DNA from: Auanema rhodensis
Lineage: Eukaryota > Animalia > Nematoda
Assembly: GCA_964057225.1 (NCBI GenBank)
Contig: OZ059897.1
Location: forward strand, 18,662,001-18,726,000
Length of the DNA stretch: 64,000 nt
Direction: 5' to 3'
Shown here: positions 9,161-24,300 of the stretch, one piece after another
Layout of the letters: every line of letters starts with the position of its first letter
Numbering within the stretch: position 1 is the stretch's first letter
The notes under the pieces: model-generated
Told to the model about the DNA's origin: nothing
What the model saw: only the letters and a program-made list of their open reading frames with translations
The model's database searches: none
Made by a program: the position numbers and the translations under genes

Positions 9161-12100
9161 GCTTCCAAAAACATTTTGACAAAAATTTTTTCGAAAAATT
9201 TCAAAATAGTTTAGCAAAAAGTAGATGTTTTTAGATTCCATTTTTCAAGGCAAAGACGATGGACAATGTTATTCAACGAAAAAATTAATTCTTCAGGGTG
9301 AAAATCGAGGATATAAGTGTGAACTTATATCAGTTGATATCTCGGTGCATTTTTAAGCTAGCGCAAATCTGATAACACAGATCGACGCAGCTTAAAAATC
9401 CGCATCGAATGCACTATACTACATCGAGAAACGCTTAATACAAAAATTAGTTATAATCGTTCGAAAAATGATGCATTAGTGTATGTTGAGTTTCCATGTA
9501 CACTCAACATTGCTTCCAAAAACATTTTGACAAAAATTTTTTCGAAAAATTTCAAAATAATTTAGCAAAAAGTAGATGTTTTTAGATTCCATTTTTCAAG
9601 GCAAAGACGATGGACAATGTTATTCAACGAAAAAATTAATTCTTCAGGGTGAAAATCGAGGATATAAGTGTGAACTTATATCAGTTGATATCTCGGTGCA
9701 TTTTTAAGCTAGCGCAAATCTGATAACACAGATCGACGCAGCTTAAAAATCCGCATCGAATGCACTATACTACATTGAGAAACGCTTGATACAAAAATTA
9801 GTTATGATCGTTTGAAAAATGATGCATTAGTGTATGTTGAGTTTCCATGTACACTCAACATTGCTTCCAAAAACATTTTGACAAAAATTTTTTCGAAAAA
9901 TTTCAAAATAGTTTAGCAAAAAGTAGATGTTTTTAGATTCCATTTTTCAAGGCAAAGACGATGGACAATGTTATTCAACGAAAAAATTAATTCTTCAGGG
10001 TGAAAATCGAGGATATAAGTGTGAACTTATATCAGTTGATATCTCGGTGCATTTTTAAGCTAGCGCAAATCTGAAAACACAGATCGACGCAGCTTAAAAA
10101 TCCGCATCGAATGCACTATACTACATTGAGAAACGTTTGATACAAAAATTAGTTATGATCGTTTGAAAAATGATGCATTAGTGTATGTTGAGTTTCCATG
10201 TACACTCAACATTGCTTCCAAAAACATTTTGACAAAAATTTTTTCGAAAAATTTCAAAATAGTTTAGCAAAAAGTAGATGTTTTTAGATTCCATTTTTCA
10301 GGGCAAAGACGATGGACAATGTTATTCAACGAAAAAATTAATTCTTCAGGGTGAAAATCGAGGATATAAGTGTGAACTTATATCAGTTGATATCTCGGTG
10401 CATTTTTAAGCTAGCGCAAATCTGATAACACAGATCGACGCAGCTTAAAAATCCGCATCGAATGCACTATACTACATTGAGAAACGCTTGATACAAAAAT
10501 TAGTTATGATCGTTTGAAAAATGATGCATTAGTGTATGTTGAGTTTCCATGTACACTCAACATTGCTTCCAAAAACATTTTGACAAAAATTTTTTCGAAA
10601 AATTTCAAAATAGTTTAGCAAAAAGTAGATGTTTTTAGATTCCATTTTTCAAGGCAAAGACGATGGACAATGTTATTCAACGAAAAAATTAATTCTTCAG
10701 GGTGAAAATCGAGGATATAAGTGTGAACTTATATCAGTTGATATCTCGGTGCATTTTTAAGCTAGCGCAAATCTGAAAACACAGATCGACGCAGCTTAAA
10801 AATCCGCATCGAATGCACTATACTACATCGAGAAACGCTTAATACAAAAATTAGTTATAATCGTTCGAAAAATGATGCATTAGTGTATGTTGAGTTTCCA
10901 TGTACACTCAACATTGCTTCCAAAAACATTTTGACAAAAATTTTTTCGAAAAATTTCAAAATAATTTAGCAAAAAGTAGATGTTTTTAGATTCCATTTTT
11001 CAAGGCAAAGACGATGGACAATGTTATTCAACGAAAAAATTAATTCTTCAGGGTGAAAATCGAGGATATAAGTGTGAACTTATATCAGTTGATATCTCGG
11101 TGCATTTTTAAGCTAGCGCAAATCTGATAACACAGATCGACGCAGCTTAAAAATCCGCATCGAATGCACTATACTACATTGAGAAACGCTTGATACAAAA
11201 ATTAGTTATGATCGTTTGAAAAATGATGCATTAGTGTATGTTGAGTTTCCATGTACACTCAACATTGCTTCCAAAAACATTTTGACAAAAATTTTTTCGA
11301 AAAATTTCAAAATAGTTTAGCAAAAAGTAGATGTTTTTAGATTCCATTTTTCAAGGCAAAGACGATGGACAATGTTATTCAACGAAAAAATTAATTCTTC
11401 AGGGTGAAAATCGAGGATATAAGTGTGAACTTATATCAGTTGATATCTCGGTGCATTTTTAAGCTAGCGCAAATCTGAAAACACAGATCGACGCAGCTTA
11501 AAAATCCGCATCGAATGCACTATACTACATTGAGAAACGTTTGATACAAAAATTAGTTATGATCGTTTGAAAAATGATGCATTAGTGTATGTTGAGTTTC
11601 CATGTACACTCAACATTGCTTCCAAAAACATTTTGACAAAAATTTTTTCGAAAAATTTCAAAATAGTTTAGCAAAAAGTAGATGTTTTTAGATTCCATTT
11701 TTCAGGGCAAAGACGATGGACAATGTTATTCAACGAAAAAATTAATTCTTCAGGGTGAAAATCGAGGATATAAGTGTGAACTTATATCAGTTGATATCTC
11801 GGTGCATTTTTAAGCTAGCGCAAATCTGATAACACAGATCGACGCAGCTTAAAAATCCGCATCGAATGCACTATACTACATTGAGAAACGCTTGATACAA
11901 AAATTAGTTATGATCGTTTGAAAAATGATGCATTAGTGTATGTTGAGTTTCCATGTACACTCAACATTGCTTCCAAAAACATTTTGACAAAAATTTTTTC
12001 GAAAAATTTCAAAATAGTTTAGCAAAAAGTAGATGTTTTTAGATTCCATTTTTCAAGGCAAAGACGATGGACAATGTTATTCAACGAAAAAATTAATTCT

Positions 12101-12319
12101 TCAGGGTGAAAATCGAGGATATAAGTGTGAACTTATATCAGTTGATATCTCGGTGCATTTTTAAGCTAGCGCAAATCTGAAAACACAGATCGACGCAGCT
12201 TAAAAATCCGCATCGAATGCACTATACTACATTGAGAAACGTTTGATACAAAAATTAGTTATGATCGTTTGAAAAATGATGCATTAGTGTATGTTGAGTT
12301 TCCATGTACACTCAACATT
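9161..12319. repeat. Array domain B: dimer/tetramer higher-order pattern
   Basis: TCTGAAAACAC at 10075, 10777, 11479, 12181 (702-bp spacing); TCAGGGCAAAG at ~10301 and ~11705, and CGTTCGAAA at ~9462 and ~10866 (1404-bp spacing). Confidence 0.8.
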
Positions 12320-15300
12320 GCTTCCAAAAACATTTTGACAAAAATTTTTTCGAAAAATTTCAAAATAATTTAGCAAAAAGTAGATGTTTTTAGATTCCAT
12401 TTTTTAAGGCAAAGACGATGGACAATGTTATTCAACGAAAAAATTAATTCTTCAGGGTGAAAATTGAGGATATAAGTGTGAACTTATATCAGTTGATATC
12501 TCGGTGCATTTTTAAGCTAGCGCAAATCTGATAACACAGATCGACCCAGCTTAAAAATCTGCATCGAACGCACTATACTACATTGAGAAACGCTTGATAC
12601 AAAAATTAGTTATGATCGTTTGAAAAATGATGCATTAGTGTATGTTGAGTTTCCATGTACACTCAACATTGCTTCCAAAAACATTTTGACAAAAATTTTT
12701 TCGAAAAATTTCAAAATAATTTAGCAAAAAGTAGATGTTTTTAGATTCCATTTTTCAAGGCAAAGACGATGGACAATGTTATTCAACGAAAAAATTAATT
12801 CTTCAGGGTGAAAATCGAGGATATAAGTGTGAACTTATATCAGTTGATATCTCGGTGCATTTTTAAGCTAGCGCAAATCTGATAACACAGATCGACGCAG
12901 CTTAAAAATCCGCATCGAATGCACTATACTACATTGAGAAACGCTTGATACAAAAATTAGTTATGATCGTTTGAAAAATGATGCATTAGTGTATGTTGAG
13001 TTTCCATGTACACTCAACATTGCTTCCAAAAACATTTTGACAAAAATGTTTTCGAAAAATTTCAAAATAATTTAGCAAAAAGTAGATGTTTTTAGATTCC
13101 ATTTTTTAAGGCAAAGACGATGGACAATGTTATTCAACGAAAAAATTAATTCTTCAGGGTGAAAATTGAGGATATAAGTGTGAACTTATATCAGTTGATA
13201 TCTCGGTGCATTTTTAAGCTAGCGCAAATCTGATAACACAGATCGACGCAGCTTAAAAATCCGCATCGAATGCACTATACTACATTGAGAAACGCTTGAT
13301 ACAAAAATTAGTTATGATCGTTTGAAAAATGATGCATTAGTGTATGTTGAGTTTCCATGTACACTCAACATTGCTTCCAAAAACATTTTGACAAAAATTT
13401 TTTCGAAAAATTTCAAAATAATTTAGCAAAAAGTAGATGTTTTTAGATTCCATTTTTTAAGGCAAAGACGATGGACAATGTTATTCAACGAAAAAATTAA
13501 TTCTTCAGGGTGAAAATTGAGGATATAAGTGTGAACTTATATCAGTTGATATCTCGGTGCATTTTTAAGCTAGCGCAAATCTGATAACACAGATCGACCC
13601 AGCTTAAAAATCCGCATCGAATGCACTATACTACATTGAGAAACGCTTGATACAAAAATTAGTTATGATCGTTTGAAAAATGATGCATTAGTGTATGTTG
13701 AGTTTCCATGTACACTCAACATTGCTTCCAAAAACATTTTGACAAAAATTTTTTCGAAGAATTTCAAAATAATTTAGCAAAAAGTAGATGTTTTTAGATT
13801 CCATTTTTCAAGGCAAAGACGATGGACAATGTTATTCAACGAAAAAATTAATTCTTCAGGGTGAAAATCGAGGATATAAGTGTGAACTTATATCAGTTGA
13901 TATCTCGGTGCATTTTTAAGCTAGCGCAAATCTGATAACACAGATCGACGCAGGTTAAAAATCCGCATCGAATGCACTATACTACATTGAGAAACGCTTG
14001 ATACAAAAATTAGTTATGATCGTTTGAAAAATGATGCATTAGTGTATGTTGAGTTTCCATGTACACTCAACATTGCTTCCAAAAACATTTTGACAAAAAT
14101 TTTTTCGAAAAATTTCAAAATAGTTTAGCAAAAAGTAGATGTTTTTAGATTCCATTTTTTAAGGCAAAGACGATGGACAATGTTATTCAACGAAAAAATT
14201 AATTCTTCAGGGTGAAAATTGAGGATATAAGTGTGAACTTATATCAGTTGATATCTCGGTGCATTTTTAAGCTAGCGCAAATCTGATAACACAGATCGAC
14301 GCAGCTTAAAAATCCGCATCGAATGCACTATACTACATTGAGAAACGCTTGATACAAAAATTAGTTATGATCGTTTGAAAAATGATGCATTAGTGTATGT
14401 TGAGTTTCCATGTACACTCAACATTGCTTCCAAAAACATTTTGACAAAAATTTTTTCGAAAAATTTCAAAATAGTTTAGCAAAAAGTAGATGTTTTTAGA
14501 TTCCATTTTTCAAGGCAAAGACGATGGACAATGTTATTCAACGAAAAAATTAATTCTTCAGGGTGAAAATCGAGGATATAAGTGTGAACTTATATCAGTT
14601 GATATCTCGGTGCATTTTTAAGCTAGCGCAAATCTGATAACACAGATCGACGCAGCTTAAAAATCCGCATCGAATGCACTATACTACATTGAGAAACGCT
14701 TGATACAAAAATTAGTTATGATCGTTTGAAAAATGATGCATTAGTGTATGTTGAGTTTCCATGTACACTCAACATTGCTTCCAAAAACATTTTGACAAAA
14801 ATTTTTTCGAAAAATTTCAAAATAGTTTAGCAAAAAGTAGATGTTTTTAGATTCCATTTTTCAAGGCAAAGACGATGGACAATGTTATTCAACGAAAAAA
14901 TTAATTCTTCAGGGTGAAAATCGAGGATATAAGTGTGAACTTATATCAGTTGATATCTCGGTGCATTTTTAAGCTAGCGCAAATCTGATAACACAGATCG
15001 ACGCAGCTTAAAAATCCGCATCGAATGCACTATACTACATTGAGAAACGCTTGATACAAAAATTAGTTATGATCGTTTGAAAAATGATGCATTAGTGTAT
15101 GTTGAGTTTCCATGTACACTCAACATTGCTTCCAAAAACATTTTGACAAAAATGTTTTCGAAAAATTTCAAAATAATTTAGCAAAAAGTAGATGTTTTTA
15201 GATTCCATTTTTTAAGGCAAAGACGATGGACAATGTTATTCAACGAAAAAATTAATTCTTCAGGGTGAAAATTGAGGATATAAGTGTGAACTTATATCAG

Positions 15301-18300
15301 TTGATATCTCGGTGCATTTTTAAGCTAGCGCAAATCTGATAACACAGATCGACGCAGCTTAAAAATCCGCATCGAATGCACTATACTACATTGAGAAACG
15401 CTTGATACAAAAATTAGTTATGATCGTTTGAAAAATGATGCATTAGTGTATGTTGAGTTTCCATGTACACTCAACATTGCTTCCAAAAACATTTTGACAA
15501 AAATTTTTTCGAAAAATTTCAAAATAATTTAGCAAAAAGTAGATGTTTTTAGATTCCATTTTTTAAGGCAAAGACGATGGACAATGTTATTCAACGAAAA
15601 AATTAATTCTTCAGGGTGAAAATTGAGGATATAAGTGTGAACTTATATCAGTTGATATCTCGGTGCATTTTTAAGCTAGCGCAAATCTGATAACACAGAT
15701 CGACCCAGCTTAAAAATCCGCATCGAATGCACTATACTACATTGAGAAACGCTTGATACAAAAATTAGTTATGATCGTTTGAAAAATGATGCATTAGTGT
15801 ATGTTGAGTTTCCATGTACACTCAACATTGCTTCCAAAAACATTTTGACAAAAATTTTTTCGAAAAATTTCAAAATAATTTAGCAAAAAGTAGATGTTTT
15901 TAGATTCCATTTTTCAAGGCAAAGACGATGGACAATGTTATTCAACGAAAAAATTAATTCTTCAGGGTGAAAATCGAGGATATAAGTGTGAACTTATATC
16001 AGTTGATATCTCGGTGCATTTTTAAGCTAGCGCAAATCTGATAACACAGATCGACGCAGGTTAAAAATCCGCATCGAATGCACTATACTACATTGAGAAA
16101 CGCTTGATACAAAAATTAGTTATGATCGTTTGAAAAATGATGCATTAGTGTATGTTGAGTTTCCATGTACACTCAACATTGCTTCCAAAAACATTTTGAC
16201 AAAAATTTTTTCGAAAAATTTCAAAATAGTTTAGCAAAAAGTAGATGTTTTTAGATTCCATTTTTTAAGGCAAAGACGATGGACAATGTTATTCAACGAA
16301 AAAATTAATTCTTCAGGGTGAAAATTGAGGATATAAGTGTGAACTTATATCAGTTGATATCTCGGTGCATTTTTAAGCTAGCGCAAATCTGATAACACAG
16401 ATCGACGCAGCTTAAAAATCCGCATCGAATGCACTATACTACATTGAGAAACGCTTGATACAAAAATTAGTTATGATCGTTTGAAAAATGATGCATTAGT
16501 GTATGTTGAGTTTCCATGTACACTCAACATTGCTTCCAAAAACATTTTGACAAAAATTTTTTCGAAAAATTTCAAAATAGTTTAGCAAAAAGTAGATGTT
16601 TTTAGATTCCATTTTTCAAGGCAAAGACGATGGACAATGTTATTCAACGAAAAAATTAATTCTTCAGGGTGAAAATCGAGGATATAACTGTGAACTTATA
16701 TCAGTTGATATCTCGGTGCATTTTTAAGCTAGCGCAAATCTGATAACACAGATCGACGCAGCTTAAAAATCCGCATCGAATGCACTATACTACATTGAGA
16801 AACGCTTGATACAAAAATTAGTTATGATCGTTTGAAAAATGATGCATTAGTGTATGTTGAGTTTCCATGTACACTCAACATTGCTTCCAAAAACATTTTG
16901 ACAAAAATTTTTTCGAAAAATTTCAAAATAGTTTAGCAAAAAGTAGATGTTTTTAGATTCCATTTTTCAAGGCAAAGACGATGGACAATGTTATTCAACG
17001 AAAAAATTAATTCTTCAGGGTGAAAATCGAGGATATAAGTGTGAACTTATATCAGTTGATATCTCGGTGCATTTTTAAGCTAGCGCAAATCTGATAACAC
17101 AGATCGACGCAGCTTAAAAATCCGCATCGAATGCACTATACTACATTGAGAAACGCTTGATACAAAAATTAGTTATGATCGTTTGAAAAATGATGCATTA
17201 GTGTATGTTGAGTTTCCATGTACACTCAACATTGCTTCCAAAAACATTTTGACAAAAATTTTTTCGAAAAATTTCAAAATAGTTTAGCAAAAAGTAGATG
17301 TTTTTAGATTCCATTTTTCAAGGCAAAGACGATGGACAATGTTATTCAACGAAAAAATTAATTCTTCAGGGTGAAAATCGAGGATATAAGTGTGAACTTA
17401 TATCAGTTGATATCTCGGTGCATTTTTAAGCTAGCGCAAATCTGATAACACAGATCGACGCAGCTTAAAAATCCGCATCGAATGCACTATACTACATTGA
17501 GAAACGCTTGATACAAAAATTAGTTATGATCGTTTGAAAAATGATGCATTAGTGTATGTTGAGTTTCCATGTACACTCAACATTGCTTCCAAAAACATTT
17601 TGACAAAAATTTTTTCGAAAAATTTCAAAATAATTTAGCAAAGAGTAGATGTTTTTAGATTCCATTTTTTAAGGCAAAGACGATGGACAATGTTATTCAA
17701 CGAAAAAATTAATTCTTCAGGGTGAAAATTGAGGATATAAGTGTGAACTTATATCAGTTGATATCTCGGTGCATTTTTAAGCTAGCGCAAATCTGATAAC
17801 ACAGATCGACGCAGCTTAAAAATCCGCATCGAATGCACTATACTACATTGAGAAACGCTTGATACAAAAATTAGTTATGATCGTTTGAAAAATGATGCAT
17901 TAGTGTATGTTGAGTTTCCATGTACACTCAACATTGCTTCCAAAAACATTTTGACAAAAATTTTTTCGAAAAATTTCAAAATAGTTTAGCAAAAAGTAGA
18001 TGTTTTTAGATTCCATTTTTCAAGGCAAAGACGATGGACAATGTTATTCAACGAAAACATTAATTCTTCAGGGTGAAAATCGAGGATATAAGTGTGAACT
18101 TATATCAGTTGATATCTCGGTGCATTTTTAAGCTAGCGCAAATCTGATAACACAGATCGACGCAGCTTAAAAATCCGCATCGAATGCACTATACTACATT
18201 GAGAAACGCTTGATACAAAAATTAGTTATGATCGTTTGAAAAATGATGCATTAGTGTATGTTGAGTTTCCATGTACACTCAACATTGCTTCCAAAAACAT

Positions 18301-21300
18301 TTTGACAAAAATTTTTTCGAAAAATTTCAAAATAGTTTAGCAAAAAGTAGATGTTTTTAGATTCCATTTTTCAAGGCAAAGACGATGGACAATGTTATTC
18401 AACGAAAAAATTAATTCTTCAGGGTGAAAATCGAGGATATAAGTGTGAACTTATATCAGTTGATATCTCGGTGCATTTTTAAGCTAGCGCAAATCTGATA
18501 ACACAGATCGACGCAGCTTAAAAATCCGCATCTAATGCACTATACTACATTGAGAAACGTTTGATACAAAAATTAGTTATGATCGTTTGAAAAATGATGC
18601 ATTAGTGTATGTTGAGTTTCCATGTACACTCAACATTGCTTCCAAAAACATTTTGACAAAAATTTTTTCGAAAAATTTCAAAATAGTTTAGCAAAAAGTA
18701 GATGTTTTTAGATTCCATTTTTTAAGGCAAAGACGATGGACAATGTTATTCAACGAAAAAATTAATTCTTCAGGGTGAAAATCGAGGATATAAGTGTGAA
18801 CTTATATCAGTTGATATCTCGGTGCATTTTTAAGCTAGCGCAAATCTGATAACACAGATCGACGCAGCTTAAAAATCCGCATCGAATGCACTATACTACA
18901 TTGAGAAACGCTTGATACAAAAATTAGTTATGATCGTTTGAAAAATGATGCATTAGTGTATGTTGAGTTTCCATGTACACTCAACATTGCTTCCAAAAAC
19001 ATTTTGACAAAAATGTTTTCGAAAAATTTCAAAATAATTTAGCAAAAAGTAGATGTTTTTAGATTCCATTTTTTAAGGCAAAGACGATGGACAATGTTAT
19101 TCAACGAAAAAATTAATTCTTCAGGGTGAAAATTGAGGATATAAGTGTGAACTTATATCAGTTGATATCTCGGTGCATTTTTAAGCTAGCGCAAATCTGA
19201 TAACACAGATCGACGCAGCTTAAAAATCCGCATCGAATGCACTATACTACATTGAGAAACGCTTGATACAAAAATTAGTTATGATCGTTTGAAAAATGAT
19301 GCATTAGTGTATGTTGAGTTTCCATGTACACTCAACATTGCTTCCAAAAACATTTTGACAAAAATTTTTTCGAAAAATTTCAAAATAATTTAGCAAAAAG
19401 TAGATGTTTTTAGATTACATTTTTCAAGGCAAAGACGATGGACAATGTTATTCAACGAAAAAATTAATTCTTCAGGGTGAAAATTGAGGATATAAGTGTG
19501 AACTTATATCAGTTGATATCTCGGTGCATTTTTAAGCTAGCGCAAATCTGATAACACAGATCGACCCAGCTTAAAAATCCGCATCGAATGCACTATACTA
19601 CATTGAGAAACGCTTGATACAAAAATTAGTTATGATCGTTTGAAAAATGATGCATTAGTGTATGTTGAGTTTCCATGTACACTCAACATTGCTTCCAAAA
19701 ACATTTTGACAAAAATTTTTTCGAAAAATTTCAAAATAATTTAGCAAAAAGTAGATGTTTTTAGATTCCATTTTTCAAGGCAAAGACGATGGACAATGTT
19801 ATTCAACGAAAAAATTAATTCTTCAGGGTGAAAATCGAGGATATAAGTGTGAACTTATATCAGTTGATATCTCGGTGCATTTTTAAGCTAGCGCAAATCT
19901 GATAACACAGATCGACGCAGGTTAAAAATCCGCATCGAATGCACTATACTACATTGAGAAACGCTTGATACAAAAATTAGTTATGATCGTTTGAAAAATG
20001 ATGCATTAGTGTATGTTGAGTTTCCATGTACACTCAACATTGCTTCCAAAAACATTTTGACAAAAATTTTTTCGAAAAATTTCAAAATAGTTTAGCAAAA
20101 AGTAGATGTTTTTAGATTCCATTTTTTAAGGCAAAGACGATGGACAATGTTATTCAACGAAAAAATTAATTCTTCAGGGTGAAAATTGAGGATATAAGTG
20201 TGAACTTATATCAGTTGATATCTCGGTGCATTTTTAAGCTAGCGCAAATCTGATAACACAGATCGACGCAGCTTAAAAATCCGCATCGAATGCACTATAC
20301 TACATTGAGAAACGCTTGATACAAAAATTAGTTATGATCGTTTGAAAAATGATGCATTAGTGTATGTTGAGTTTCCATGTACACTCAACATTGCTTCCAA
20401 AAACATTTTGACAAAAATTTTTTCGAAAAATTTCAAAATAGTTTAGCAAAAAGTAGATGTTTTTAGATTCCATTTTTCAAGGCAAAGACGATGGACAATG
20501 TTATTCAACGAAAAAATTAATTCTTCAGGGTGAAAATCGAGGATATAACTGTGAACTTATATCAGTTGATATCTCGGTGCATTTTTAAGCTAGCGCAAAT
20601 CTGATAACACAGATCGACGCAGCTTAAAAATCCGCATCGAATGCACTATACTACATTGAGAAACGCTTGATACAAAAATTAGTTATGATCGTTTGAAAAA
20701 TGATGCATTAGTGTATGTTGAGTTTCCATGTACACTCAACATTGCTTCCAAAAACATTTTGACAAAAATTTTTTCGAAAAATTTCAAAATAGTTTAGCAA
20801 AAAGTAGATGTTTTTAGATTCCATTTTTCAAGGCAAAGACGATGGACAATGTTATTCAACGAAAAAATTAATTCTTCAGGGTGAAAATCGAGGATATAAG
20901 TGTGAACTTATATCAGTTGATATCTCGGTGCATTTTTAAGCTAGCGCAAATCTGATAACACAGATCGACGCAGCTTAAAAATCCGCATCGAATGCACTAT
21001 ACTACATTGAGAAACGCTTGATACAAAAATTAGTTATGATCGTTTGAAAAATGATGCATTAGTGTATGTTGAGTTTCCATGTACACTCAACATTGCTTCC
21101 AAAAACATTTTGACAAAAATGTTTTCGAAAAATTTCAAAATAATTTAGCAAAAAGTAGATGTTTTTAGATTCCATTTTTTAAGGCAAAGACGATGGACAA
21201 TGTTATTCAACGAAAAAATTAATTCTTCAGGGTGAAAATTGAGGATATAAGTGTGAACTTATATCAGTTGATATCTCGGTGCATTTTTAAGCTAGCGCAA

Positions 21301-24300
21301 ATCTGATAACACAGATCGACGCAGCTTAAAAATCCGCATCGAATGCACTATACTACATTGAGAAACGCTTGATACAAAAATTAGTTATGATCGTTTGAAA
21401 AATGATGCATTAGTGTATGTTGAGTTTCCATGTACACTCAACATTGCTTCCAAAAACATTTTGACAAAAATTTTTTCGAAAAATTTCAAAATAATTTAGC
21501 AAAAAGTAGATGTTTTTAGATTCCATTTTTTAAGGCAAAGACGATGGACAATGTTATTCAACGAAAAAATTAATTCTTCAGGGTGAAAATTGAGGATATA
21601 AATGTGAACTTATATCAGTTGATATCTCGGTGCATTTTTAAGCTAGCGCAAATCTGATAACACAGATCGACGCAGCTTAAAAATCCGCATCGAATGCACT
21701 ATACTACATTGAGAAACGCTTGATACAAAAATTAGTTATGATCGTTTGAAAAATGATGCATTAGTGTATGTTGAGTTTCCATGTACACTCAACATTGCTT
21801 CCAAAAACATTTTGACAAAAATTTTTTCGAAAAATTTCAAAATAGTTTAGCAAAAAGTAGATGTTTTTAGATTCCATTTTTCAAGGCAAAGACGATGGAC
21901 AATGTTATTCAACGAAAAAATTAATTCTTCAGGGTGAAAATCGAGGATATAAGTGTGAACTTATATCAGTTGATATCTCGGTGCATTTTTAAGCTAGCGC
22001 AAATCTGATAACACAGATCGACGCAGCTTAAAAATCCGCATCGAATGCACTATACTACATTGAGAAACGCTTGATACAAAAATTAGTTATGATCGTTTGA
22101 AAAATGATGCATTAGTGTATGTTGAGTTTCCATGTACACTCAACATTGCTTCCAAAAACATTTTGACAAAAATTTTTTCGAAAAATTTCAAAATAATTTA
22201 GCAAAGAGTAGATGTTTTTAGATTCCATTTTTTAAGGCAAAGACGATGGACAATGTTATTCAACGAAAAAATTAATTCTTCAGGGTGAAAATTGAGGATA
22301 TAAGTGTGAACTTATATCAGTTGATATCTCGGTGCATTTTTAAGCTAGCGCAAATCTGATAACACAGATCGACGCAGCTTAAAAATCCGCATCGAATGCA
22401 CTATACTACATTGAGAAACGCTTGATACAAAAATTAGTTATGATCGTTTGAAAAATGATGCATTAGTGTATGTTGAGTTTCCATGTACACTCAACATTGC
22501 TTCCAAAAACATTTTGACAAAAATTTTTTCGAAAAATTTCAAAATAGTTTAGCAAAAAGTAGATGTTTTTAGATTCCATTTTTCAAGGCAAAGACGATGG
22601 ACAATGTTATTCAACGAAAACATTAATTCTTCAGGGTGAAAATCGAGGATATAAGTGTGAACTTATATCAGTTGATATCTCGGTGCATTTTTAAGCTAGC
22701 GCAAATCTGATAACACAGATCGACGCAGCTTAAAAATCCGCATCGAATGCACTATACTACATTGAGAAACGCTTGATACAAAAATTAGTTATGATCGTTT
22801 GAAAAATGATGCATTAGTGTATGTTGAGTTTCCATGTACACTCAACATTGCTTCCAAAAACATTTTGACAAAAATTTTTTCGAAAAATTTCAAAATAGTT
22901 TAGCAAAAAGTAGATGTTTTTAGATTCCATTTTTCAAGGCAAAGACGATGGACAATGTTATTCAACGAAAAAATTAATTCTTCAGGGTGAAAATCGAGGA
23001 TATAAGTGTGAACTTATATCAGTTGATATCTCGGTGCATTTTTAAGCTAGCGCAAATCTGATAACACAGATCGACGCAGCTTAAAAATCCGCATCTAATG
23101 CACTATACTACATTGAGAAACGTTTGATACAAAAATTAGTTATGATCGTTTGAAAAATGATGCATTAGTGTATGTTGAGTTTCCATGTACACTCAACATT
23201 GCTTCCAAAAACATTTTGACAAAAATGTTTTCGAAAAATTTCAAAATAATTTAGCAAAAAGTAGATGTTTTTAGATTCCATTTTTTAAGGCAAAGACGAT
23301 GAACAATGTTATTCAACGAAAAAATTAATTCTTCAGGGTGAAAATTGAGGATATAAGTGTGAACTTATATCAGTTGATATCTCGGTGCATTTTTAAGCTA
23401 GCGCAAATCTGATAACACAGATCGACGCAGCTTAAAAATCCGCATCGAATGCACTATACTACATTGAGAAACGCTTGATACAAAAATTAGTTATGATCGT
23501 TTGAAAAATGATGCATTAGTGTATGTTGAGTTTCCATGTACACTCAACATTGCTTCCAAAAACATTTTGACAAAAATTTTTTCGAAAAATTTCAAAATAG
23601 TTTAGCAAAAAGTAGATGTTTTTAGATTCCATTTTTCAAGGCAAAGACGATGGACAATGTTATTCAACGAAAAAATTAATTCTTCAGGGTGAAAATCGAG
23701 GATATAAGTGTGAACTTATATCAGTTGATATCTCGGTGCATTTTTAAGCTAGCGCAAATCTGATAACACAGATCGACGCAGCTTAAAAATCCGCATCGAA
23801 TGCACTATACTACATTGAGAAACGTTTGATACAAAAATTAGTTATGATCGTTTGAAAAATGATGCATTAGTGTATGTTGAGTTTCCATGTACACTCAACA
23901 TTGCTTCCAAAAACATTTTGACAAAAATGTTTTCGAAAAATTTCAAAATAATTTAGCAAAAAGTAGATGTTTTTAGATTCCATTTTTTAAAGCAAAGACG
24001 ATGGACAATGTTATTCAACGAAAAAATTAATTCTTCAGGGTGAAAATCGAGGATATAAGTGTGAACTTATATCAGTTGATATCTCGGTGCATTTTTAAGC
24101 TAGCGCAAATCTGATAACACAGATCGACGCAGCTTAAAAATCCGCATCGAATGCACTATACTACATTGAGAAACGCTTGATACAAAAATTAGTTATGATC
24201 GTTTGAAAAATGATGCATTAGTGTATGTTGAGTTTCCATGTACACTCAACATTGCTTCCAAAAACATTTTGACAAAAATTTTTTCGAAAAATTTCAAAAT

